The notes: generated by a model from the sequence alone, not told the origin. Positions 9,001 to 14,024 are shown, counted from the first letter of the stretch. The stretch is DNA of 50,806 nucleotides from Candidatus Pacearchaeota archaeon (GCA_019662115.1 JAIFVW010000004.1:1-50806); one strand, 5' to 3'. A program made the numbers and translations.

Positions 9001-10830
9001 TGTTCCTGGATTATTGGTTGGGTTTGGAACAAGGAATCCAGTTGAAGGATCAATAATATGATCGAATTCAACTGTTCCTCCAACAATTCTTAAGTCGAAG
9101 GTATCTTGAATTCCCTGTAATCCTGAAAGATAATGCTTGTTGTATTGATTGTCCTGAATATCTGCAAACTGAGTAATAAGAATGTCTTTATCCTTTTCAT
9201 ACACCTCTATTTTAGGAGTTCCAGAAATAACTCTTGGATATATGCTAATATCATTATCTTTTGTAAGGCTCCTTTCAAAAGTTATCCTTACATAATGAGT
9301 GTCTGGAATTGACTCGCTCCAGACACCATCAAGAGCATGAACTTGGCCATAAATCTCGCTTATAAAAGATTTGTTTTGATCCAAATGCTCTGCTTTTGTT
9401 ATTATAATTATTTCAAATACTTGGTCGCTAAGATGAGGAACAACCCATTCTATTGTGTCAATAAGGGAGTTATTGTTTGTATCCTTTGCCGTAAAAGGAT
9501 GCTCTTGACGTGTACCATTTACTATCCAGTATAGCTTTATTGAATTTACATCTGCTGTTTCAGAAATTGATTCAGATGAGCTTACATTGCTGTAATGAAT
9601 TGTTTCTGGGCCATGAATAGTTATTCTTTTATGAGTGGGAGATATTACTTCTTGCGTAAGAGTAGGGGCAGGAGTTTCATAGGATATTTCATAATCTGAA
9701 CTTTCACAGCTTAATTCTTTATCTTCCTGTTTATTATTTTCCTTGCATTTAACCTCATCTTCAAGGCCAATCTTATTAGCCTTTATTTTCTCTGCCTGTT
9801 TTGGAAGTACAAGATCTTTTTTCCCATGAACTTCTTTCTTCCATACTACTGGCTTTCCAACTTCCGCTGGCCCCTGTATAAATTCTTCAAGTGAAATGTT
9901 GGATGTTTGGTTTGCTGATGTCTGGTTTGTATTATTCTGGCTCTTAGAAGGAATAGTTGTGTATGATATTGAAGAGATAGCCATATGTGCTCCATCAAGC
10001 TCTACTCTTATATTGTAATTCTTTTCAGAAAGTTCTTCCTTAGACAGATCGCATGTCTCTTCACAAATGTCTGAGAATTCACTTGAGGTAATAGTTGTAT
10101 TTTCAGAGATTGTTGTGTTTTCCTCAGAGGTATTTTCTACATTATTAGTTGTATTTTCGCTTGATGTTTCTGTCTGGTTTCCTTGAGAGAGAGGCTCCGT
10201 TTGAGAAGGGGTTTGTGGAACCTCTCCCTCGTTTGTAGGAATATCTTCCGGAGATCCAATTACTGCTCCAGTTATGCTGAATTTTTTCTTTTGATTTGAT
10301 GTATCAAGAATAAGCCTGTCATTAAGGTAAACTTTTGCAGTTCCCTCACCCTCTATTGTTCCTGAGATTTTTAATGAGGTTAAAGTTCCATCATGTTGAG
10401 GTTGCCATACATATATTGATGATTCTGTAAATTGCTGATTAATAGAGTCTGTGTATACTTCATCAGACTTGATTGCAAATCCTGTCAATGACCGACCATA
10501 GGAAAGGATTGCAACAAGAACTAACACTCCAAGAGATATGAAGATAAATGAAAGAATTTTTCTCCTTCGTATTTCCGCTTCTTCATACTGTATTCTTATG
10601 CGGCATTCAAGAATGTCTTTTTCATAATGCTCAATCCACTCCTTGAGAGTTCTTCCTTCATATTTTTCGTTTGTTTTTTGCTCATATTCAGATTGTGAAA
10701 TTTCTCGGTTCCAGCATTTATCTTTCAGCTCCTGGAGAAGTCTAATAATCTTTTTTCTTTGTTGTTCAGCGAGAAATATTCTTTTTCTATATTCCTCAAT
10801 CCTGCTTACAGCTCTGGCACCCCTTCTCAT
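1..10830 (-). CDS. Giant membrane-anchored cell-surface protein, 3' end outside the window (>=3610 codons). Order: cytoplasmic N-terminus, one TM, S/T/N/E-rich linker, duplicated module, Ig-like modules, three LamG-like domains and a PbH1/NosD-type beta-helix
   Basis: Absent from the ORF track. Plus-strand triplets in register with nt 1 contain no TTA/CTA/TCA from 1 to 10833. ATG is the reverse complement of 10828-10830, with an in-frame TAG just upstream (CTA at 10834-10836). Translation starts MRRGARAVSRIEEYRKRIFLAEQQRKK. Recognisable motifs include WNGSIDEVMIFNRSLTSTEVLALY and NNITLNTINSN. Confidence 0.9.
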   Translation of the reverse strand, partial: MRRGARAVSRIEEYRKRIFLAEQQRKKIIRLLQELKDKCWNREISQSEYEQKTNEKYEGRTLKEWIEHYEKDILECRIRIQYEEAEIRRRKILSFIFISLGVLVLVAILSYGRSLTGFAIKSDEVYTDSINQQFTESSIYVWQPQHDGTLTSLKISGTIEGEGTAKVYLNDRLILDTSNQKKKFSITGAVIGSPEDIPTNEGEVPQTPSQTEPLSQGNQTETSSENTTNNVENTSEENTTISENTTITSSEFSDICEETCDLSKEELSEKNYNIRVELDGAHMAISSISYTTIPSKSQNNTNQTSANQTSNISLEEFIQGPAEVGKPVVWKKEVHGKKDLVLPKQAEKIKANKIGLEDEVKCKENNKQEDKELSCESSDYEISYETPAPTLTQEVISPTHKRITIHGPETIHYSNVSSSESISETADVNSIKLYWIVNGTRQEHPFTAKDTNNNSLIDTIEWVVPHLSDQVFEIIIITKAEHLDQNKSFISEIYGQVHALDGVWSESIPDTHYVRITFERSLTKDNDISIYPRVISGTPKIEVYEKDKDILITQFADIQDNQYNKHYLSGLQGIQDTFDLRIVGGTVEFDHIIDPSTGFLVPNPTNNPGTNGTLTETTFTLSTSSTTSNAITAKLNISDNSCALFTGSATVDAFVIVNFTIPAYASINRILITAESNVTATDRKDLALFNFSSSKWLRVNTSLSAANIENVSYFNITSALVTNFVSNNIVQVMVYANGTASNNLCVDFISANVTYEQSPVVTLRVPANGTTVSIANMSFNGTFTDDTGLSNATLYIWNSTSLVNTTFRAISSTGNSTNITVILPRAGTYFWNYRVADTQNNYAFATNNYTLIYQSGDTTPPQVTILSPENRTYVRLQGVPFVFNVSLNENGSVSYSFDGGVTNISMLGNEGVFGTLFNDTNESLAEGNYIFTVYANDTAGNRNSTEKVFFSRQDVNVLVNSTVTDADGNLINSTVMIIASDGTTLYNQTSETHEQIVSVNDTYDVVIKPLDISSVDQIVFADLNLSDYAGNSVNMIDIDETTNVSETDGFDKIFALDPQIENFTSATVTIQATGNTIYKCIDWDYNNRTCLGTWDIFLTDLVPGELYNFTLTPGDPGYGIINIVRAQHLDDNRLFISDIYNDVKDLDGVWSESIPDTHYVRITFERNLTQGNDITIYPRIVSGTPTVQVYEMNGTDMIMEFTNIQENQYNTLIIPYLSGSQDTFDLRVVGGTVEFDHITDPSTGFIVPNGGTSPAQNGSLSEQTFTFSTASASPNNVYTQLNKSDDNCSLFLGSATVDAFVVVNFTIPTFATLSSAFITSESNVTTATDHKNLAIWNFSSLAWFSANNSVGAANTENVTTFNVTSAMALNFIANGTMRVILRENGTASSNLCVDFMSVNVTYEQFPVVNLRVPTNGTTTGISTMSFNGTFTDDTGLSNATLYIWNSTSLVNTTFRAISSTGNSSNITFVFPRGDTYFWNYYVADTLNNYAFNATNFTITYDATPPIVTINQPPFATNTLPISFNVTLNENGTACNYTLNSGVTNISMTNNGNRDFNATNVSIANGTYTVTYYCWDSVNNLNNTATRAFIFDQILPYALFNSPLNNTNLTTAPSAALNFSIFDNNNHTEIFVYASNDSVNIYDYLVYHSIDQPNGTIILNWSAPALRADNFTVLLLHFDNLSAQGENITNAKDFSTPQNNATLQSIFWNATGKVAGSLTFDGVLSDNNVSVLDSADFDMKSYTVMGWIYLLGNGTSANTGSGLAYPIIGKGVNEAESTAADIQFFVGVNTTSGALMADFENDSGSTGGGQNAPLFGATSLSLGQWYHFAYTVENWTNASLYLNGILEANRSIVGMTPNIRGGTMKVGIGQVYTTAGAVNGAWNGSIDEIVIFNKSLPSEAIANAYNLSVGLKYWRINVTDSSGNKNGTPVYVFNLSSPDLAAPRVTVNLPQNQTYHALPILFNITLNENATCNFTLNSGVNNFTMQQNGITDFNASNGSIANGGYTVNYYCVDLSNNVNSSTSVIFSVIVDTSAPAISFVNPTPSAGSTQSATAIFVNVTSNDSSVHYSFVDFDRDLKLWLRMDDINSTGGVIDLSTWSNNATNISGAFQNKFGYFNSSYTFDGIDDYLEIPSSPSLYSNGSFTLSAWVNTRSVATGEHKYILDMGRARDSGTGLFLDDAASRFSFYYNDSASDYIFSFTPATNTWYHVVGTYNGTLQTLYVNGVYNGSRNVTPLSWVDKPVRIGAEAKTVQRFWNGSIDEVLIFNRSLTSTEVLALYNAGANQYSRNFTNLTTVSHTFTGYSVDTSGNKNQTGQRTVTIGVADTTPPVVNITVPTNITYTTSSFVFNVSLNESGTVLFTLNGGVTNYTMTTPDNIHFNYTNSSIRDGSYTFQVYSNDTSGNRNDTASVVFSIDATPPVVLLISPPNGSSTKIGVVGFLGNFTDNIQLKNTTLYIWNSTSVVNTTFREVNGTTNSTNISVTLPRFDTYFWNYLAVDTAGNLAWNATNFTITYDPTTLLNGCQNISSPGSYAMTRSLNNSDLGATGCFIINASNVDFDCKSFSIQNITLEASAIYVDTVENATIKNCKVRMAPGTEGYGVRFSNSNNSLVLNTTATNTYHGIFFESGNNNRVNGSTINFNTEGITANDNTLLNISRSSLSSNTIGVKGSASVIFNTFGGHTTAISTSGSASVIRDNLFSEDTDGIVIAISATVVNNTFTDMAGRIIDMSSATNSLIANNSLSSGTYGIFLGTTASFNVIDNNVILAPATAGIFFDTNPLNNNVTRNTISSSGGDGISSDDMGTNLFVSNIIQASTNNGILVSSSGRGIFINNTLVSNGGYGLKLDSSISTHTIVTGNNISYNSLGGIYLPSTNNNITLNTINSNSVHGLELVGNENNITLNTINSNNQSGVYSSVDSSHNIILSNTINSNRQYGIYFVDSNINNTITANSLFNNSAGIFINSSSNNTFVANIINSTYRGAAVNITGINARFNNLSFNITNTNISYPDLLLSATNFNNTYIIDSYIANYSFGVSGGIVYFKSTLYGEIRFLRSINGSGSNLSNDIRFENNNVTVNITSNIGLNRTANVTLFGLSTGFLSPQIFRNGIVCIAPSCNNFTSLNAGNVSFNVTGWSTYSIGEFLTNTINFTNPTPANGSTQTSDSIFVNVTSTNVNLHYTFVDFDRSLRLWLRMDDRNSTGGIIDLSSWGNNATNVSGAFPNSTGKFNSSYTFDGVDDYLEVPYSQKLYSNTSFTFSAWFLTRNNAATGNSRYILDTGFAGDAGAGLYLDDSARISFYYNDSGGNAVFSFVPNTDQWYHVVGTYNGSLQTLYVNGIFNGSKNTTPTDFSKFGNFNVLIGARARDTSKVWNGSIDEVMIFNRSLTSTEVLALYDDNIDHAYNNFTSLPAGDHIFTGYSVDTLGVKNQTEQRTVHISLTNTAPTIPFVTPVVAQDPTEDSVTNVIINFTAFDPDGFGDLKDASSRVNVSFTGLATVRQNLSCSRTSTFATNYANYTCLVNMWYFDSSGSWNISVSINDTSNTVGINQSTVFTYNQLSAFVSGPSGITFAQITPGATNSTATNDPLVLNNTGNKNITLGNVQMNATNLKGETDANKALY
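670..1320 (-). other. LamG/concanavalin-A-like lectin domain 3
   Basis: Runs from LRLWLRMDDRNSTGG to SKVWNGSIDEVMIFNRSLTSTEVLALYDD (lines 661 and 721 translated directly). Shares the 27-nt tract tccatcaaatgtataggaggaattgaa with domain 2. Confidence 0.75.
1690..3280 (-). other. Right-handed parallel beta-helix region (PbH1/NosD-like), roughly 20 coils
   Basis: N-terminal cap reads CQNISSPGSYAMTRSLNNSDLGATGCFIINASNVDFDC. It is followed by many coils of about 22 aa of the type N-x-I-x-x-N-x-I-x-x-N-x-x-x-G-I, for example NNITLNTINSNSVHGLELVGNENNITLNTINSNNQSGVY. Confidence 0.75.
2118..2217 (-). repeat. Exact 34-nt direct repeat with 66-nt period (one beta-helix coil)
   Basis: tattcgaattaattgtattaagcgtaatattgtt occurs at 2118-2151 and at 2184-2217. 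Confidence 0.9.
3990..4640 (-). other. LamG/concanavalin-A-like lectin domain 2
   Basis: Runs from LKLWLRMDDINSTGG to QRFWNGSIDEVLIFNRSLTSTEVLALYNAG (line 4021 translated directly). Confidence 0.75.
5105..5830 (-). other. LamG/concanavalin-A-like lectin domain 1 (Laminin_G_3-like)
   Basis: Runs from LLLHFDNLS to GAVNGAWNGSIDEIVIFNKSLPSEAIANAYNL. The WNGSIDE-hydrophobic-FN-x-SL motif is the typical C-terminal strand of LamG_3 domains. Confidence 0.7.
6070..7460 (-). repeat. Copy B of the internal duplication in the giant gene
   Basis: Same evidence as copy A. The offset differs by 3 nt between the two identical tracts, so the indel is in frame. Confidence 0.85.
8000..9400 (-). repeat. Copy A of the internal duplication in the giant gene (AEHLD...DGVWSESIPDTHYVRITFER...VEFDHI module plus two Ig-like modules)
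   Basis: Collinear with 6070-7460 at an offset of 1938-1941 nt. Identical tracts are 8390-8496 = 6449-6555 (107 nt) and 9272-9334 = 7334-7396 (63 nt). Confidence 0.85.
10070..10255 (-). other. Low-complexity S/T/N/E/Q-rich stalk or linker of the giant protein
   Basis: Translation reads PEDIPTNEGEVPQTPSQTEPLSQGNQTETSSENTTNNVENTSEENTTISENTTITSSEFSD. Confidence 0.7.
10498..10557 (-). other. Single transmembrane anchor of the giant protein (ILSFIFISLGVLVLVAILSY), after about 90 cytoplasmic residues
   Basis: Direct translation of 10501-10560 gives KILSFIFISLGVLVLVAILS. It is flanked upstream by the basic stretch EIRRRK. Confidence 0.8.
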
Positions 10831-10853
10831 TGCCTAATAGGTGGAAAAGGGGC

Positions 10854-10861
10854 ATTATAAA
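10854..10861 (-). promoter_or_regulatory. Candidate TATA box of the giant gene (TTTATAAT on the minus strand), implying a leaderless or near-leaderless mRNA
   Basis: Centre lies about 27 nt upstream of the ATG at 10830. No purine-rich SD-like element lies between them. Confidence 0.5.
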
Positions 10862-10862
10862 C

Positions 10863-10965
10863 CTTATTATGTATGTAAAAATAAACTTGACTTTATGCGT
10901 TAATTACCAACTATGTATGTATCTCTACTTATTATGTATGTAGAGTTATACTTATTATGTATGTA
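10863..10965. repeat. Array of four TATGTATGTA decamers, three of them inside CTTATTATGTATGTA 15-mers, upstream of the giant gene
   Basis: 15-mers are at 10863-10877, 10928-10942 and 10951-10965. A shorter CTATGTATGTA is at 10911-10921. Decamer starts are spaced 44, 21 and 23 nt. Confidence 0.85.
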
Positions 10966-11022
10966 TAAATGAAAATGAGAAAAACAAACCGATTTTTGAT
11001 ATTTTTTTATAGGGAAATAGAA

Positions 11023-11196
11023 TTACTTAAGTTTGTGCGCGTCATCCTTTGAGACAACTCTCCAGCACTCGTGGCTTCCTGCAGGAGACTTAGTTACAGC
11101 GAAAAACCTTCCCTTCTTTTCTACAATTCTATAGCTGTTTGTTTCAAACTTCTTTTTCGTCTTAACATCGTAGAAACTTATTTTTGGTTTTTCCAT
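11023..11196 (-). CDS. Small lysine-rich protein, 57 aa, below the track cutoff; function unknown, possibly nucleic-acid binding
   Basis: ATG at 11196 and TAA at 11025-11023. Sequence is MEKPKISFYDVKTKKKFETNSYRIVEKKGRFFAVTKSPAGSHECWRVVSKDDAHKLK. A TTTATATA box on the minus strand (11223-11230) lies about 30 nt upstream. Confidence 0.6.
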   Translation of the reverse strand: MEKPKISFYDVKTKKKFETNSYRIVEKKGRFFAVTKSPAGSHECWRVVSKDDAHKLK

Positions 11197-11261
11197 GAGA
11201 TATCTGTATACAGCCGGTGGGCTATATAAATCTTTTTATAGACACTTTTTAATAAACTTCA

Positions 11262-11642
11262 ATGTTACTTCCCAACGATTCGCCATCATTGCAAGCAGCT
11301 AGGGAACATCAAAGAACATTTTCCGTCGCATTTCCAAGTCGATGGATAGATGAAGATCTTGGAACTCCAGTAAGCGTATCAAGACAGCGATATGTTATCC
11401 AATCTCAAAAAATAAAGATAGTTCTGATAAAAGACAAGCATACTGATGGAAAATATGATGCTGGAATTATAGATACAGACTTTTCTGACACTTCTTATAC
11501 TCTCTATACTCTAAGAGGGAATCAGGCCTTTTACTCAAGACATCTTTATCAGGACCTCCAGGCATTGATTGTCGGTGATCATTCAATATCTTTTGAAAAG
11601 GAGATAGTCTTTCAGAATCTTCCGGCCTTTTTATCTAAATAA
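11262..11642 (+). CDS. Hypothetical protein
   Basis: 126-aa ORF with no recognised motif. Its end overlaps the PadR gene end by 8 nt (convergent). Confidence 0.45.
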   Translation: MLLPNDSPSLQAAREHQRTFSVAFPSRWIDEDLGTPVSVSRQRYVIQSQKIKIVLIKDKHTDGKYDAGIIDTDFSDTSYTLYTLRGNQAFYSRHLYQDLQALIVGDHSISFEKEIVFQNLPAFLSK

Positions 11643-11934
11643 CATCCATAAAAGTTCTGCAGAACTTTTGCTTTGCTATCTTTAGGCTTTCTTTTCCCTC
11701 TTGCGTTATCGTATAGATTATTGTTTTTCCCTCTTTCTTTTCCTGAATGAGACCAGATTCCTTAAGGCTTTTCAGCGCAGGATATATAGTGCCCGGACTA
11801 GGGCGATCTCCCTTTCTTCTTTCAAGCTCGTCCGCTATTTCCTGCCCGTGCATCGGCTTCTTTGAGACGAGAAAAAGTATAAGAAAAGAAAGCATCCCCC
11901 TCATATCGCAGCAAGGATTTTCTTTTTTCTTCAT
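11635..11934 (-). CDS. PadR-family winged-helix transcriptional regulator
   Basis: LSFLILFLVSKKPMHGQEIADELERRKGDRPSPGTIYPALKSLKESGLI is a typical PadR wHTH. Confidence 0.8.
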   Translation of the reverse strand: MKKKENPCCDMRGMLSFLILFLVSKKPMHGQEIADELERRKGDRPSPGTIYPALKSLKESGLIQEKKEGKTIIYTITQEGKESLKIAKQKFCRTFMDVI

Positions 11935-12020
11935 TCAAATATTGGGTAACCGATATATTTAAATATAACTTCTTATTGAATATCGTATGTACGATACAAG
12001 TATGAAAGGAGGTGATAAAC

Positions 12021-12170
12021 ATGAATTGCTATTCAATGCAATATGCTGGAGCTCGACAGTTTCTCACTAAGGCAGAAAAAATCGAGATGCTGAAGGAGTA
12101 TAAGGAAGCACTCGATAATGAAACCAGAGGAGTCAGCGAGAGAATCAAGGAGCTCGAGGACCAGGATTAA
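12021..12170 (+). CDS. Small coiled-coil protein, 49 aa, divergent from the PadR gene (resembles DUF5320-type PadR partners; from memory)
   Basis: Unlisted ORF MNCYSMQYAGARQFLTKAEKIEMLKEYKEALDNETRGVSERIKELEDQD. A strong SD (GGAGGTGA, 12008-12015) lies 5 nt before the ATG. Confidence 0.6.
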   Translation: MNCYSMQYAGARQFLTKAEKIEMLKEYKEALDNETRGVSERIKELEDQD

Positions 12171-12230
12171 TTCCAATCTTTTTTTCTTTTTTTTATTAAC
12201 ATTTATATATCTATATTCTGATGTAGGGGC

Positions 12231-13691
12231 ATGACTTCAAAGATCACAATCGATGAGCTTGCCTCTTTTTGCAAGAGAAAGGGTTTTGTTTATCCTTCAG
12301 GAGAACTTTACGGAAGCCTGGCAGGATTTTGGGATTTTGGGCCGTTAGGTGTAGAGCTAAAAAACAACATCAAAAAATCATGGTGGAAGTATCATGTGCA
12401 TAAAAGAGAAGATATGGTTGGGATAGACGGCGCTATCATTACTAATCCTAAAGTATGGGAAGCATCTGGGCATGTTTCTAATTTTGTCGACATTGCAGTT
12501 GTATGTAAAAAGTGCAAGAACAAGACAAAGATTGACAAACATGAGCTGGGAAAGGTAAAATGTGAGAAATGCGGAGGAGAATTCGAAAGCAAGGGAGAGT
12601 TTAACCCAATGTTTGTCACCCATGTAGGTCCTATTCAGGAAGATGCGATCAAAGCATATCTAAGGCCTGAGACTGCACAGCTGATTTTTGCCAACTTTAA
12701 GTCTGTACAGGAAGTTTCCAGGCTAAAACTTCCATTTGGAATTGCTCAAATAGGAAAGGCTTTCAGAAATGAGATCTCTCCTAGAGAATTTATTTTTAGA
12801 TGCAGGGAGTTCGAACAGATGGAGATTGAGTACTTTATCTCCCAGGGAATGAAATGCCCATATATTGATGAAATTGGAAATATTTCCATGACTATCTACA
12901 GTGAGGAGATGCAAAAGTCAGAAAAGAAGCCCAAGGAAATGAAACTACGAGATGCCTGGAAACAGGGAATAATAAAAACTGATTGGCATGCTTACTGGCT
13001 TGCTACAGAGCTGCAGTGGTTTATACTTCTTGGAGCCAGTGAAGACAAATTCAGGGCAAGGCAACATACGAAAGAGGAAAAAAGCCATTATGCGTCAGAC
13101 ACATGGGATTTGGAGTATGAATTTCCAATGGGTTGGAGAGAGCTTCAGGGTTTTGCCAATCGGGGAGATTTTGATCTAAGACAGCATGAGAAGCATTCGA
13201 AAAAAAGTATGGAAATCAATGATCCAGAATCCGGAAAAGTAGTTCCACATGTAGTTTGCGAGCCTTCTCTGGGTGTGGAAAGAGCATTTCTAGTTTTTAT
13301 GTTGGAGGCTTATGAACATGATAAAAAAAGAGATAATATCGTGCTACATTTAAGCCCGAGACTTGCTCCATACAAAGCGGCAGTATTTCCCCTCATATCC
13401 AAGGGAGAAGTTCTTGAAATGTCTCGAGAGATTTATAGGGATTTACTTGAGGATTTTGCAGTCTTATTTGACAAATCGGGAAGCATAGGAAGGAGATATG
13501 CCAGGAATGACGAAATGGGAACTCCTTATTGTATCACAGTTGATGAAGACAGTCTGAAGGATAAAAGTGCCACCATAAGGGAGAGGGATACAACTAAACA
13601 AATTAGAGTAAAGGTATCTGAGCTCAGGGATATTTTAAGGAAACTCATACGAGATGAGATAGATTTTGAAGAAGCAGGAAAAATTGTTTGA
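12231..13691 (+). CDS. glyS: Glycyl-tRNA synthetase (class II, alpha2 archaeal/eukaryal type)
   Basis: Contains FVYPSGELYGSLAGFWDFGPLGVELKNNIK, WEASGHVSNFVD, RPETAQ, FRNEISPR and EPSLGVERAF. Confidence 0.9.
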   Translation: MTSKITIDELASFCKRKGFVYPSGELYGSLAGFWDFGPLGVELKNNIKKSWWKYHVHKREDMVGIDGAIITNPKVWEASGHVSNFVDIAVVCKKCKNKTKIDKHELGKVKCEKCGGEFESKGEFNPMFVTHVGPIQEDAIKAYLRPETAQLIFANFKSVQEVSRLKLPFGIAQIGKAFRNEISPREFIFRCREFEQMEIEYFISQGMKCPYIDEIGNISMTIYSEEMQKSEKKPKEMKLRDAWKQGIIKTDWHAYWLATELQWFILLGASEDKFRARQHTKEEKSHYASDTWDLEYEFPMGWRELQGFANRGDFDLRQHEKHSKKSMEINDPESGKVVPHVVCEPSLGVERAFLVFMLEAYEHDKKRDNIVLHLSPRLAPYKAAVFPLISKGEVLEMSREIYRDLLEDFAVLFDKSGSIGRRYARNDEMGTPYCITVDEDSLKDKSATIRERDTTKQIRVKVSELRDILRKLIRDEIDFEEAGKIV

Positions 13692-13724
13692 TATATTTAA
13701 ATAGTCAATATATTTCCTATTAAT

Positions 13725-13994
13725 ATGATTTTTAGAGATATATGGTTTTTCCCATTTGTTGTAAGCTTGGGAGCTCTAGTATTCTTACTTACCGCTATAC
13801 TTTTTGTATTCTGGATTTGGATGCTTATAGACTGCGCCCAGAGAAGATTTTTGAATAACTGGGAAAAGGTTGTTTGGCTTGTCGTGATAGTGTTTGGATG
13901 GTGGATAGGATCTCTTGTTTATTTCATTGTTGTAAGAACATACAACCCTCGTGGCATTGCACAGACACCTTCACAGCCTGTTAGACGTAGGTAA
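13725..13994 (+). CDS. Small membrane protein with PLD-nuclease N-terminal (PLDc_N)-like domain
   Basis: Two TM segments plus WIWMLIDCAQRRF...KVVWLVVIVFGWWIGSLVYFIV. Confidence 0.55.
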   Translation: MIFRDIWFFPFVVSLGALVFLLTAILFVFWIWMLIDCAQRRFLNNWEKVVWLVVIVFGWWIGSLVYFIVVRTYNPRGIAQTPSQPVRRR

Positions 13995-14024
13995 TTTTAA
14001 AAAGGCATTTTTTCTTTTTAGTTT

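Noticed and set aside
665-9534. Plus-strand and off-frame track ORFs inside the first 10.8 kb, for example 6407-6994 (195 aa), 8633-9061, 2642-2980, 1337-1708, 981-1307(-) and 7920-8168(-)
   Set aside because: They lie antisense to, or out of frame with, the continuous 3610-codon minus-strand ORF. Their translations are low-complexity hydrophobic strings with no motifs. The repeated FPVDDIALKVVLTNEVEFQIYNV peptide is just the antisense image of the duplicated module.
10863-10965. CRISPR array or mobile-element terminal repeats as an explanation for the TATGTATGTA repeats
   Set aside because: The units are only 10-15 nt with irregular short spacers. There are no cas or transposase genes nearby and no inverted-repeat partner. 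An operator-like array or simple AT-rich repeat is more plausible.
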